A stretch of 63,584 nucleotides of DNA, counting the filler, from Reticulomyxa filosa (Eukaryota > Protista > Foraminifera): NCBI GenBank assembly GCA_000512085.1. It is 16 parts of 16 records of this genome, joined end to end, with 100 filler letters (N's around TTAATTAATTAA, not from the genome) between each part and the next. Parts side by side here need not be neighbours in the genome. Positions count along the whole stretch, not along the records: positions 41,330 to 44,093 come from ASPP01022037.1; positions 44,194 to 45,408 come from ASPP01019868.1; positions 45,509 to 47,904 come from ASPP01006865.1; positions 48,005 to 56,176 come from ASPP01024038.1; positions 56,277 to 58,067 come from ASPP01022863.1; 11 more parts are not named here. One strand, 5' to 3'. Below are positions 43,273 through 56,838 of this stretch, one piece after another. The notes under the pieces were generated by a model that made no database searches, was not told the origin of the DNA, and saw nothing but the letters and a program-made list of their open reading frames with translations. The translations under genes and the position numbers were made by a program. Position 1 is the stretch's first letter; each line of letters opens with the position of its first letter.

Positions 43273-43898
43273 TCAACAATGTTGCAACAAGCCTTCTTGG
43301 ACTTGCAATACTAGCATTCTCAAAAATATTTTCTGTTTTTTGTGCTCGTGTTCTTCAAAAAAAAAATTATTGTAAGTTGCTCCTATCTTGTCTTTATTCT
43401 TCGAAAAATGTCCTAGTTCTGGATAGATGCCCATAAATACATTGTAATTGCTACCGTCGTTGCCAACAAGGCTTTTGTCGTAGTGACCGAAGCAGAAGGT
43501 GATCACGTCTTCTGGACGCTGTGAACGTGGATGTTTGGGAATTTGTCAAAGTCCACTTGAAGCACCAGATCTTCTTGTTCTTTCTTTTGGTACAATGCCC
43601 ATAACACTCGGAATATCTCTTGTGGTTGTCCTGTTTTATCGATGCAAATGCACATACAACATATATATCATTATATTGAAAGAACAACGAACAAGAGATA
43701 GAGGAAACAAACGAAGTAACTCAGTATCAAACTTTTGGTAGTATGTTCGCCAGACTGCATGTCTCTAAGTCTGTCCAGTTGCAGTTCTAATTGTGCCAGC
43801 ACGTCTTTTACTTCCTTTTCTGTCAAATGAGGAAATTTCGATTTTGAGGATTTGTTGTTTTCTTTACTAGTGTGCATGTCCATGTATTCACTCATCAT
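43273..43898 (-). pseudogene. Decayed coding-like fragment, unknown family
   Basis: Consecutive short ORFs in shifting frames with coding-like composition (KDVLAQLELQLDRLRDM; DVITFCFGHYDKSLVG). Confidence 0.3.
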
Positions 43899-44214
43899 CT
43901 TGTATCTATGATTTATCTTTGCTTCAAATCAAAACAATGAAGCGTGTCAATATATTATCATATGTATGAATTGGATGACACAAAAGTGAAAAGGTGAAAA
44001 GTGAAGGATAGAAAAAAAACAGTCCTTCGCGACCAATAACAACCAACTACAATCCAAAGCATACGCACATCCCTCCCCAAATTTCAAATCACCNNNNNNN
44101 NNNNNNNNNNNNNNNNNNNNNNNNNNNNNNNNNNNNNTTAATTAATTAANNNNNNNNNNNNNNNNNNNNNNNNNNNNNNNNNNNNNNNNNNNNTGTAGTG
44201 CATGTTGTTTAAAA

Positions 44215-44760
44215 TTTTTGAATAGATATTGAAAAATTTGCGAGTGGATATGGACGTACATTCATGAATTTTGGGTTACAGATTGGCGAGTTGTTGCTGT
44301 TTACATTTCCATTGATGCTATAGTGAGCCTCCAGCAATGGTAGCAACGACTTGAATCGAATATGGATAATGGTATTGTGCTTTTGGCATATGATTTTAAA
44401 AAAAAAATTGAAGATCCATATCTTGTAATGTACCCATGATTTATTGAAAGGAAATGAACAATCGAAAGTGTTAAACTGATTATTATCGTATCCCAAGTTA
44501 TAATATTTTCTTGTAATGTGATGAAAACACGTATGATCAATTCACACGTATATAACGTAGGTCAGTAACTGTCTGTGGCGTCAGCACGCAAAGCTGAAGT
44601 AAAGTACAAACGCCAAGTGGTGGCATATTCGGCTGCAAGTATTGACACTTGTCTCAAATTTTTTAAAAAATTTCTGTCTTTTTGTTTGAATTTTGTTTAT
44701 CTTGATTTTTTTTTTAATAATTTCAACGCACTTCCTTCAGTTCACCTAATATCTTTCCGT
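44215..44760 (+). pseudogene. Decayed gene, copy C (3' part) of the family at 12507-14790
   Basis: Matches 13940-14750 with deletions (GAATAGATAT, TTGTTG..TTACATT.CCATTG.TGCT, TCGAATATGGAT, CCAAGTTATA). Confidence 0.7.
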
Positions 44761-46179
44761 CATGCAAAAAAATGTTTGAATTTTAATATTTAAATGTAAA
44801 AGAAAGTTGAAAATTCTGGATAGATTCAATTTAGTTTTCACTTGTGTCTTTGAAAAAACTGATAACTGGAATTAATGATTTCTATTGTTTAGAGTTAATA
44901 TCAAGAAAAAAAAACGTGTTAGATAGTCAATTTACATCAAGTACTCCAAAGGAGCTACACACTAGCGTCTGTGCAAAATAAGAATTCCTGGCAAAAAAAA
45001 AGACTTGGAGCATTTTCTCGAGATTGAATAGCAAAGATATAATTGTAATACAAAAGGTATGCCAAGTTTGCAAAAAAAAAATCAAAACTTGTAATACCAA
45101 TTCATAATTTTAATTGTTGTCCATGACGGAATGAACTTTGGTTCGAACGTTTACAAGAAAAAAAAATCAAACAATATGTTTGATCAATGCACATCCTTAC
45201 AAACAACATATTTTTTGGTTATGGAGTAGCTCCAATCAAAGTGGATACAAAAAATATTAAATTGCCACTATAAACGATGTATTTAATTGTTCTCTAATTT
45301 ATTTCTCCCATAAAATCTTTTATCAGTCGAATTTAAATGTAGAGATGATATCCCTAAAAAGCCCTAGCGCCTCCCATATCCATCATTGGAGCATCTTTCT
45401 TTGGAAGTNNNNNNNNNNNNNNNNNNNNNNNNNNNNNNNNNNNNNNNNNNNNTTAATTAATTAANNNNNNNNNNNNNNNNNNNNNNNNNNNNNNNNNNNN
45501 NNNNNNNNATCATAATATTAGTATTGCAACATCAAATGCATATAGCCGAACTAAAACAGGTTGAAAAAAAAGAAGTATTAAACAAGCGCAGGGAAGAGTT
45601 TCGAAGTCTTTGGTTTTAGGGAAGAAAGGTAAGGAAGAGCTTTTTTTTTGCTAAAAAAAACTAACTAAACAATAGATGAGTCTTTTTGAATCTTCACGAT
45701 TCTTTCACCGTTGCAGTTGTTTTTATGATTTTTTGAATATTTCATATCGCTTGCGGACATTGTGATAGACGCTTTAATATTGCACCAGCACTACGTGACT
45801 AAAAATTATACGTTTTTTATAATATCATTGATATTTTTGTTGATGGCATTTATCTTACGTTTTACAAGTCCTCAAACAACGATGTTATGTAAGGTGTTAT
45901 TGCTATGTGTATTGTTGCCATTTTTGCCATTGGTATCACCAATCTTTTTTTTTTTGCAAGCCAGCCCAACAACTATCTTTCACAATATTCAATCGTTACT
46001 TTGATTCCATTTTGAAGCCGAATGAGCATGTTCCGCCTCAGCAATCGCATGTACACTCCTTCGGAATTACTAGCTTGCAACAATGGGCTGGACAAAAAAA
46101 AAGTTCAAGAGAAATTGATATGTTTCGATTAAACAAACAAATAAATAAATATTTACTTATTCTCATTGTTTGAATTGGT

Positions 46180-46902
46180 TAAATGCGCAATAGAGACAAA
46201 TAAACGGCTATCGAATAATTGAAACCAGAAATGAATGGAAGCATTATCCAATTCAAAAAACAACAAATTGAGGAAAAAGGCAATGTAAAAAAAATTGTAA
46301 AGACATGCTGCTCCAGATCTAAGAAATAATATGGATTTTTTATTGATAAGCGAAAACAATCAAAACAATAGAATTGAAGAACAGGGAATGAAATAGCTAT
46401 AACTTTGGGGTATTCTTGGTTGGAGAACATATCACATTGATTGTGAATTGCAGTAGGAGGAGCAAAAAGAGAAGAGCTTGGATATTTGAAAATCAAAAAC
46501 AAGTCATTTGTGGATTAAACAGTCTTCGTCAAAAATTGATTGTTCACAATTGGGACATTCGAGAGATGCTGTTTGTGGTGGCGATGGAATAATTGAACTG
46601 GTAATTGGACAACAACTGCTCAATCACGGCTCGATTCAAGCCAATGAGAGGAAATGGATGTGATCGTGGTGGTGGTGCTGGTGATGGAAGTTGAGGATCG
46701 ATATTGATTGAATTACAATGCCAATCCAAATTCGATTCTATTACTTTTGAACAATGTTTTGACACTATTACGTGTGTTGGAGGAAACCAACATCAAATAA
46801 ACGCTGGTGGAAAAAGGCAGAATTGCCATTTATGGATTTGAGTTGTCATCAGATGATATTAAAAATATTGATCCAAAACCCTTCAATCGAGCCCGCAAAT
46901 AA
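46180..46902 (+). pseudogene. Decayed member of a lineage-expanded glycine-rich protein family
   Basis: Across stops and frameshifts it reads LGYLKIK, SKIDCSQLG, GGDGIIELVIGQQLLNHGSIQAN, GGGAGDGS*GSILIEL, GRIAIYGFELSSDDIKNIDPKPFNR. Confidence 0.6.
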
Positions 46903-47348
46903 TTTCAATGCACATGTGTGTATTATTGAAAATTTGTATTCATTCAAGTGTCAAAGTAAATATATATTCTTGTAATATATATACATATATATTTTTTGTT
47001 TTACTCGCTTATAAATGAAAACTACCTCAGAATAGTTTGTGCTGCAAGTTCATGTTTTTATTTTTAAATAAAACTATTATCGATTTGAATTAGGAAGGCT
47101 ACTGCATTTCCAAAAGCCACAAAAATTATCTACGTTTTGCATTCAATTTTTGCAACAAAAATAAATTTTTTCATTTTTGAAATAACAGAAGATGGTGCAA
47201 TAAAAAAAAAGAGAGTTTTTTCCATTGATATGGTAATAAAATTAAGAAGAAGTGAAGAGAGCATAGGAGATACACAAACAAGGATGATGAGTATGTTGGT
47301 GTATGTCTTGCATTGCAAAAAAAAAAAAAATGGAGGAATGTGTAGTCG

Positions 47349-47904
47349 CTACTTAGTAAATTCCTTAACTACTTTTTGAAGCTTGCTTGGATCAGCAAGC
47401 AAAGACTCGAGATATTTGATATCCTTCTGCAGCAGCATCTCCGTCACTCTCCATGCCAAGTCCGGAGCAATTTTAGTAACCATTGGATACAACTTGTTGC
47501 CAATGCTATTTTTTTCCATTGCGCTGTCACGATGCACATCTTCTGACACTAAACCAGGATTCTCCTCTTCTTCTTCTTCTTCTTCTTCTTCTTCTTCTGG
47601 CTCCTTTTTTTGTTCTTTTTCTCTTACACCCTCACTTTCATTCAGTGCTGCATTCTTATCATTATCATTATTATTATCATTATCATCATCACCATCGCCG
47701 TCATGACGGTCACGAGAAGGAGCGACGGATAAGTCCGACGGCGGAATGTCAAACATGATGATACGGTCACCTTTTCTCTTGTTAATTTGGTCGCCACGTC
47801 TTTGTTGATATTGTGCGCCGTGAAATTTTCGATCACGTTCCATTGCGAATGGAGGCTGTGGATATTGATTTTGATATTGATTTTGATATTGATTTGATAT
47901 TGAT
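47349..47904 (-). CDS. C-terminal part of a protein ending in an MLLE (PABC) domain
   Basis: KNSIGNKLYPMVTKIAPDLAWRVTEMLLQKDIKYLESLLADPSKLQKVV parallels KQMLGERLFPLI..AGKITGMLLE..L..LE.P..L..KV. 5' truncated. Confidence 0.75.
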
Positions 47905-48034
47905 NNNNNNNNNNNNNNNNNNNNNNNNNNNNNNNNNNNNNNNNNNNNTTAATTAATTAANNNNNNNNNNNNNNNNNNNNNNNNNNNNNNNNNNNNNNNN
48001 NNNNAACATATATATGTTGTTTCAAAAAAATCAG

Positions 48035-49226
48035 AAGGGCATGTGCAGACCACTCCAATGACCAACTGGGTGACCGCGGCGATAGTGTTGGTGGCGATGG
48101 TTTGGCTAAATCACTTTCCAAATACCTTGTATTGGGTACCTTATTGTGCATTGAGTGGCGTAATCTGGATCGACTGCTACAAAATGCTTCCCTTGCAAAA
48201 AATCAAAGAGATTGTAGATATCGACACGAATGACATCCTTATTGCCGTTGTCACATTGGTATGTACACTGTGGTTTGGAACGAAAGAAGGGATGGGACTG
48301 AGTTTTGCTTTCAGCATATTGCTGTTCTTTCAGGAACGAAATAAACCCTATTTCTATGAGTTGGGCCGAATCCCACTCTCTTCTTTCTACGCAAATGTCC
48401 TCGACTTTCCCAATGCCACTGTTACTAATGGAGTCCTTGTGTTTCGATTTGCTGGAAACTTGTGTTTTCAAAACGCCCATTTTTTAAAGACTAGTGTGCA
48501 CTCGGCCATTCTTCGATATCGCGAAAAACAACAGTCACCATTGTACTATTTTATATTGGACTGTAGTGAAATCCCTTGCATTGACACCAGTGGTGTGTTT
48601 GCTTTACGAGTTGTATATCATTATTTACGTGACAATCATATATCTCTTATTCTCACTGATGTCAACTCGACTATTATTAAATCCATTCAGCGATCTCATC
48701 ATTTGTCTCCGTTGATTCGAAATCATTGCATTTTTTATAATGTCTTTTTCGCCCATATGTACATCTTTGCTCGTTTAAAATTTAGTCAAGGAGATAGATC
48801 CTTCATTCGCTCTCATTTGGATTATATTGATGAGCAGGGTTTAAACCGTATTCAGTTTATCCTTTTTCTTTTTTTTTTTTAACAAAAAAAAAAAAAATAG
48901 AAATCATACAATGTATACAATATACGTGTCAAATACGAACCATTTTTACAAAAAATACATAATTGAATGTTAACATTTTGTTTACATACAAACATACGCA
49001 AAGATTTAATGGCATAAATTGGGGGACTTTAAATCGTCCATTGAACGACGAAGAGGAAGCGATCTTGAAAAACTGGGAACATTTTGATTTGAGCGAGCCA
49101 GTCGTTAATTCATCAAAGAAGGAAATCGAGCCTGAGTTACAATCGGGTCTTATGACCGAGCTCGATAATGTAATGCAGAGGGGTCCTCAATCCAGAAAAT
49201 TTGAATCACTTGTCCGTGCCGCCTAA
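48035..49226 (+). CDS. SLC26/SulP anion transporter, C-terminal TM region plus STAS domain
   Basis: TM segments, then ELGRIP..Y, VLVFRFAGNLCFQNA, FILDCSEIPCIDTSG. Intron ~48855-49003. Confidence 0.88.
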
Positions 49227-49868
49227 TCTCATCACAAATACAAGATGACACTTACGATAAGAAAAAGGATGAAAAATTCTGGATTTGAGTATTATTGCAT
49301 GGGTTTGGGAGCGAAAAGAGATAATAAAAAAACTTTTTTTGTGGGTTTTGTCTGAATGTTTTTGAGGAGTGTTCTGCTAGGATGTGTGCAATGGTTGTGT
49401 TTTGTTGGTGCGTGAGATGTGGGATGGCAACATATGATTTGTTGGATGTCCGGAGTGATTGTGGTGTGCCTTTTTAAGTGTGCTTTTTTTGTGTGTGTCA
49501 TTGTTGTAGTCCCATTATCTTGATAAGTTTTCGTGGAATGACATTAAGAAAATAGTCATACGTTTGTTTTTTTAATCGAAACGATGTATAATCCCAAATG
49601 TAATTTGAAAAATATTTGTGATAACAAATATACAACAACTAGAACAACTTTTTTATATTTGTTTTTTTTGGCAAAAAAAACTAACCAGCCCACAATAAAA
49701 TGATTACAGTAACCATTGGAAATTTTTTTCAAATGTAATCTCCTTTGAAAAAATAACTTGGGTGAGAAAATACAAAAAAAAAAGAAAAACACCCAACAAA
49801 TATCTGAAACAGGACATTCTTTGTGTTCTTATCAAACGAAGCTAAAAAAAAAAGAAAAAAAATGCAGA

Positions 49869-51229
49869 TCACATGAAACCAGATTGTTTCAGACTATTTC
49901 GGATAACAATATTTCTCATCGACGAAAACAAATTGGTGACATTTTTGGGGTCAGTGGCACAAGTAACATGAATGTACAGTAGTTTATCTTTGTTATTACG
50001 CTGATTGGCGAACTCTTGCTTCAAAAAATCGATTCCATCCTCAAAATCTTTATCTTTGCCTTTGTAATGTTGAAAATAATCCGATAAGGGGAATTTTTGG
50101 ATTTTTTCTCGAAACAAATCTTTTTTTTTTTATGTGTGCTTGTTTTGTTTTTGATGTTGACAACTTCAAAAAAAAAAAAAGACGAACATTAAAAAAGGGA
50201 TAGAAAGTTAGGGAGAAAAATACCCCTTTTTCTTTTTTTGTTTCTTCTCAAAAAAAAAAAAAAGGAAGACCCAACCAGATTTATTGAGAAATAAAATGGT
50301 GTGGGAATGTCTGAAATCTTCCAAATCAATGATTTGACGAAACAAAGCCAAAGCCTCGGCCATTCGATTTTGTGTATTGTCTTCCCATAAGGCCTGATTA
50401 TACTCGGATAATGAAGCAACAAATATAATGGCGTGGCAGTGATCAAAGAAGTTGACCCATTTACTCCTTTCGTTCCTTTGGCCGCCGACATCATAAATTT
50501 CAAGTACTTCTGTCTCTTGATTTATATCATTAGTGACCATAAATGTTTCGTTGTGGACGCCACTGCTTCGTTTCCGGGAATGCAATAGATCCTCAAATGT
50601 GGGAACAAAATTTGGCTGAGAAAACCGTCTCATATGTGTCATCAAATATTTCATTGTGTCGATGAGCTGAAAGCAATCACGATATTCGTATGTCCTTTGA
50701 ATTCCTTCATCATTCCACAACTTTTCAAACATTTCACACTCTTTCACCCCAAATCTCGCGTGATCATCCATTTTTGTTACTATTTTTCTCAATTCTTCGC
50801 TCTCTTCTTTTACTCGTGTTTGTTTGCCTTGCTTCGCTAATATCTCACTGTTTAGTGCCAGTGCTTTCATTGATTCTATCACATTCTTTTTATTATCATT
50901 ATTATTATTATTATATTGTAGTTGAATTGTCACTTTTTTTTTTTTTTTTTAATCAATGAACAACTGAGAAACACTCCCTTTTCATTGTGTTTTGTTCAAG
51001 GCTGTTAGGAAACTTTGTGAATATAAGGCTTGCTTTGTATTAGTTCATCTTCTGTATACGGCTCGCCGTGGATTTGTTTCATATGTGCCAATAGTGTCGA
51101 TTTTCCTGATTCTCCCGCTCCCAACAGAAGCACCTTGTAATAAGTTTCTTGCTTTTGCCCTAGTGCCCGCAAATTTTCTTCTATTGCATCATGACCTGTG
51201 TCATTCGAGCTTGTAATACAACAACCCAT
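49869..51229 (-). CDS. Heterotrimeric G-protein alpha subunit (canonical), 3 exons
   Basis: MGCC lipidation start, LLLGAGESGKST, SRKRSSG, DVGGQRNERSKW, FLNKS|DLF, TCATD. Confidence 0.93.
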
Positions 51230-51617
51230 GGAAGTGGATAAAAAGAAAATTTCTTATTTGATAGTATCGGATTCTCTTGATGAATTTTTTTTTGTTTCTT
51301 TCTTTTACTGTTCCCAGAGGGTAAAGCTCGTAAACTATTAAGACACTAAAACATTCTCAACAATGTTTTAATTTTTATCGTTGTTTATTCTTAGTTTTGA
51401 TTTTTAATTTTCTAGAAAGAAATGTCACAGAAAAAATTTGGCAATCAAAATTGAAAAAACTTTTCATAAATTAATAGTGCAGCGGAGATATTTAATAATT
51501 TTAAAAAAATCAATCAAATGAAAAGTAGCTGCTTGTTATCTGAGCAAAAGCAAAAAATTATGAGGCCAAAGTTTTTTAAATAAATTGTATTGATGAAGAA
51601 AGAAGAAAAAAGTAACC

Positions 51618-52557
51618 ATGTCCGACAAACCCAGACCAAGGTCATCCAATGGAACAAGAAGCCATGTCCAACCAGTTTCAAGAAGACGATATCCTCGAAT
51701 TGATGATAGTGTTCACAAAAGATATCCCGAATGGGAAATGGGAGAACGTATGAAGCAAGATCTTTTTGTTTCAGGTACTCAGAGTCCTGGACCGGTGTAC
51801 AGTCCAAATGATAGATTCGTCCGGCGAGAAGGTCCCAAGTATAGCATGGGTCACCTACTCGAAGATACTACAAACAAAAAACGTTCGCCAGGGCCCATTT
51901 ACAGCCCAAAGCTTGACTATACACATCGTGTCGCACCAAAATACTCTGCTACTCCACGAAGACCAACTCTCGCGCCGCCCATGGTAACCCCAGCGCCAAA
52001 TCAATATGATCCAACAGTTGCATATTCGTCCTATCGAACATGTGCACTATTGTGCTCAAAACTTTTTTAAAAAAACAATAATGTGCACAGCAATCGAAGA
52101 GTTGGAAGTCACAGCCCAAAATAACACTCAAAGGAAAATTGAGCTGTGAAATTCGTTCTTCTACCCCAGGACCAGCTGAGTACAATGTAGATAAATCAAT
52201 GAGAAAGCACAACATACCTGGGATGAAAATTGGAACGCGTTTGCCAGATATGGCCCTGAATTACTTGAAAACTGTTCCAGGACCAGGACAATATGCTCCT
52301 AACTATGAAAATGTTTTGCCGCGAGTGAAAAAGTTTAACTTTGTTGTTTATATGTTTGATGAAATCTTTTTTCTTTTTTTTTCAAAAATGATAATTTTTT
52401 TTTGTTTTTGGATGAAAATAGAATTAGCATGGGCTGTCGATATCAACTCCCCAAATCCAGAGATAAAATTCCTGGCCCAGGTCATTATGGGCCACCAATA
52501 GTTCCTCCAATGAGGAGTAGATCAGCCAACAACAGCCGAAGCCATAGCTTGAGTTGA
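51618..52557 (+). CDS. ODF3: ODF3/SHIPPO-1 (PGP-repeat) axonemal-type protein, 3 exons
   Basis: Repeats SPGPVYSP, SPGPIYSP, TPAPNQY, TPGPAEY, VPGPGQY, IPGPGHY. Exons 51618-52016, 52091-52332, 52421-52557. Confidence 0.8.
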
Positions 52558-55342
52558 TTTTTCAAGCAATTTTTGTTCTAAATTGTGGGAAAAAATACAA
52601 CGTATAAAATATAATAAATACAAAATATTTAACTGATAACAATTTATGCGATGTATCAGTCAAGGCTTTCGTTGTCTTCTTTCAGAGCGCTTTCTTGAGT
52701 TTTTGACGATTTTCATTCAACTATCTCGCAAATCGAATGTTTTAAAAGAATAAAACAAAACAATATTCCTACATTGCACTTGCATCTTTACATTAAACAA
52801 GTGCGTCCGATAATCCAAATAATTTTAGATATATTTTCTGATTTTTATAGTAAAAAAATAGTGTGTGTCAATAGCAGTGCAATTCAATAATGTTAGCGAA
52901 CCTTACTGATACTTTAATTTGTTTAGACTATGCACTAAAATAAAACAAGAAAAATCAAGTTCCAATCTAATGAAACGTAGTGTTATTAAGCCGTGAAATT
53001 GACAGCAAATGCAAAAAACAATGCTAATTTTAATCCAAGCTCATTAATAATGAGAAACGTGGATTAAATGAAATGTCACAAGATGCTACATATTAATCAA
53101 AGACTACAAATACAAAAATATGTTAACTCTCCATTTAATTAAACAAAAAACGGAGATAAATAACATTAGTGAAAAAATATCAAAATGTAAATTATACACA
53201 AATTAAATTGTTTTTTTTTAGTGATTAAGTTAGCACAGTTTTGTTTTTATAAATTTTCCTAAATGCATATGAATTAAAAAGTTAAAAATAGTATTTATTT
53301 GACCAAGGCATTATGAAGATATACGTGTTACATCAAACTAGCACATATTGTAGCATTTATAATTTGACTGATGTAACTGACATTTTAAACTGAGATATAT
53401 TATATTTTTTGACTTTTGTTGAAATTCAAGCTATATTTGATTTTTTATTTAATGAATTTTTTGATAAATACATTTGTTTGTGATGTTATAAGTAGTAACA
53501 CGTTTTTTTTGGATATTTAAACAAGATCTGCAAACAACGAAATAGTTAAAAGAAGATAAAAAAAAAGTAAATACATTAAGCAATATAAATCTCGTTTAAA
53601 ATAAAATGTAAAACATTTAAGTTTGAAAATATTTCTAAAGATAGAACAAAATCAACGATATTTAGACCACACGATCACAGAAGTACATAATAGAGATTTT
53701 GCAGGTAGAATTAAAAACACTGTTTAGTTGTTTTCAAGAATGACTCAAATTCATCGTGCAAATTTTTTAATTTGTAAAATCATTAGGTTGAAAAAATCCT
53801 GCTTCTAAAAAAAAAGTGGATATTTGATCCCCTATCAGTAAAGTTTAGCAGTAACTATTTAACAGCGGGCACACAAACCAATTCTTTAGCTACCAATAGA
53901 TACTGAACTTTTACAAACTAAGTTTGTAAGGTTAGCGTGAACAAGGCAAAAAAGGGAATAATTGAACTTCCTTGAATTACTTGAGACGCATCAAAAATAA
54001 AAAATGCCAGGAGGAACCAATACTGGATCAAAAGATAAGAAACCAGCCAATAAAGGTGCAAAAGGAGGAAACCAGAAGAAAGGAAATGGTAATAAATACA
54101 GTCTGTTAAAACACTGAACAAACCAACAAACCACAAATGCCTTGGTTACTCAAAATTGCACAAATTGAACAGGAAAATCAGAAACAGGGCAAGATGATAT
54201 TGATTCTCAAAGGTGCTAACAAAACACATTGTTTTCTGGACTGTTTTATCCTTTTATTGCCAACTTACACTTGTTTGTTTTGTTTGATTGCCGTCGACAT
54301 TTCGAACATGCAAAGATTTGAGGATGAGGAATGGTTGAAAAAAAATGCCGTGAACATTGGATTCCCAAACTGTTAGGACAATTTTCCCGGCTTTGTTTTG
54401 GATTGTATTCTTATTTTCTTCTTCTTTTTATCATTTCGCTTTCCCGTTGTATGTTTTGAATAGTGGAAAGAGATGACTTTGATGATGACGATCTCAACTG
54501 AAGAAAATTTGTAAGGTGAAGAACAAACATAATTGGTTGTTTTGTTTGAAGGGAGTTTATACCCAATGTTTCATCTCACACAGATTGGCACTTTATAACT
54601 CGCCGCTGGCCCACTGATTTCTACATACTCCATAGCTCTTTCATTCATATTCATCTGATATAATCAAAATTTTCAATAAAACTAAAAATAAACAACATTT
54701 TTTTACAAAAATTCTTGAAGTTAATATGGATTAAGTGCATATTACAAAACATTTGTTTCAATTTCCTTTTGACAAAGACGATAAAAACAGAAAATATAAC
54801 ATGAAAAAAATCAGTACTTAATCCATATTTTCATTTAAACAAATTTATCTTTGACGATTTATGACCTTTTGACACAAAACACTTGAGAAGGCCTTAATTC
54901 GAAGAAGATATGAAATGTATTCTTTATCGTTAAAATATCGAAAGAGAGAATTGCTTGTTGATGCACTTACCCCGCTCTCATAAGCAGTAGAAGATTACTA
55001 CTGAAGAAAACAACAGATATCTCTTAAAAACTCTCGAGTCCAAATTCATAAAAAAAAAACTAAATTTATCATCATAGTGTTTCAGCATAAATGTCAACAG
55101 TTGCGTATAAATATTTTCGCTTTGTGTGTATACATTTTTCTTTTTTTTTTTTTTTCAAATGGAGCAAAGAATCGTACACGTGAAACAAAACAAAATAAAA
55201 TAAAAACAAATAAACAAAAACAAAAAAAGAAAAACGGTATACGAATCATCCGGACAAAAGAAGAGTCAGCAGGATGCATACCAGCAACTCTAGTGACAAC
55301 AAGGCCTTCCCCACAGCCAGACGTGGCAAAAAGTAAAAAAAA

Positions 55343-56135
55343 ATGGCAGAAGAAGAGCAAGCCAGCAGTAGTAGAGAAAAGGAGAAAGACAAGGAAAAGG
55401 AAAAAGAGAAGGAGAAAGACAAAGACAAAGAGAAAGAAAAAGGGAAGCCCCGTATGATTCCACCAAAAGTGAATTGCAAAACGGCGACAAAATTGATAAA
55501 AAAGCCGTCTCAGCGTGTATATTCGGCGACACCAGTGACGGGGAGCGGAAGGGACCAAGATTCGGAAGTGACATTCGATATACAGCCAAAAGGGAGACGA
55601 CGACAAGAGGAGGAGAGTAGTAGTAAGTACGAAGGTCAAATGAACGGATCGCGACGTCATTCATCGGGGTCGCATTTGCAAGAAAATGCGACCCACGGCC
55701 AACCGGCATATGATAAAGGTCATCGTCGAAGTTCGAATTATTCGACCGTCGTTGTATCTTCTAAGCCGAGACAGGCCGTCTCTTTTCAAGTCAGACAGAC
55801 TGAAAATGGTCGAATATCTAAGAGTAGTCACCACCGTCGTGGCAGCAGTGATCACGACGATGACAACGATGACAATCGTCATGACACAAATGACAATGAT
55901 AATGACAATGACAATAACAATGATGATGATGATGATGATGATGATGAAAATCGTCTTCTTCATTGTCACTCACATCCTCATTCGCATGCTCCCCCTTATT
56001 CTCATCATCATCACTCCCATGTCAAAGCTCATCCAAATCATTCCATTCATTTGTCGTCCTTGTCCTCCGCCATTGCAAAGAAGAAAAAAAATATGTCCTT
56101 TATCGATCATTCTCACTTCAACTCCAAACACACTC

Positions 56136-56176
<41 letters not shown>
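55343..56176 (+). CDS. Low-complexity (KE, DN, H-rich) hypothetical protein fragment
   Basis: Long GC-richer ORF that runs into a poly(T) tract and the spacer. No recognisable domain. Confidence 0.45.
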
Positions 56177-56276
56177 NNNNNNNNNNNNNNNNNNNNNNNN
56201 NNNNNNNNNNNNNNNNNNNNTTAATTAATTAANNNNNNNNNNNNNNNNNNNNNNNNNNNNNNNNNNNNNNNNNNNN

Positions 56277-56315
<39 letters not shown>

Positions 56316-56391
56316 ATATACATATACATACATATATATGGTGTAATGATCGTTATTATGAAATTAATGAAATAATATATGAACATCTCAG

Positions 56392-56589
56392 GAATCAACG
56401 GATATGCTGCATAAAGTCAGTAGTTTGGAGAGTCAACAACAGCAAATTGAAGAGACGCTACGCGAAAATACTCAATTGCTGCAACAACTCAATCAAAACT
56501 TAAGCGAAAATGCCAAAGCCATTCAAGCCAATGTTCAGAACATCGAAACTAGAATTGCACAGCTTCAACAACAAGTTCAAAAACTTTAA
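56392..56589 (+). CDS. DCTN2: Last exon of dynactin subunit 2 (dynamitin/p50)
   Basis: ESTDMLHKVSSLESQQQQIEETLRENTQLLQQLNQNLSENAKAIQANVQNIETRIAQL aligns residue for residue with the dynamitin C-terminus (L..QQ.I..L..N..LL..V..M.EN..V..N..I..R..L). Follows a CAG acceptor. Confidence 0.7.
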   Translation, partial: ESTDMLHKVSSLESQQQQIEETLRENTQLLQQLNQNLSENAKAIQANVQNIETRIAQLQQQVQKL

Positions 56590-56838
56590 TCATGCTTCTC
56601 TACGCGCTCTCTTCCCTTCCTGCACTCTCCCGTTTTTCTGTCTTCGCATCCTAATCAAATACAATTTTATAATACCAGGCAACAATCACACTTGCCTATG
56701 TCAAATTATTGTCTTTTTTGATTTTACATGGTGTGAATATATCAAATCAAATCAAATAAAAATTTGCTTTTTTTTTTAATAGTGAAGCTACGTTTTGTTA
56801 TTTTATTATCTTTACTTTAATTATTTATTACACAGAAA

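Noticed and set aside
52650-52915. Short imperfect inverted pair GTATCAGTCAAGG / CCTTACTGATAC as possible TIRs
   Set aside because: Too short and gapped for AT-rich DNA; no target-site duplication seen.
53960-54660. Possible retroelement ORF1/gag remnant (Lys/Gly-rich frame, scattered Cys)
   Set aside because: No intact zinc knuckle, RT or endonuclease motif.
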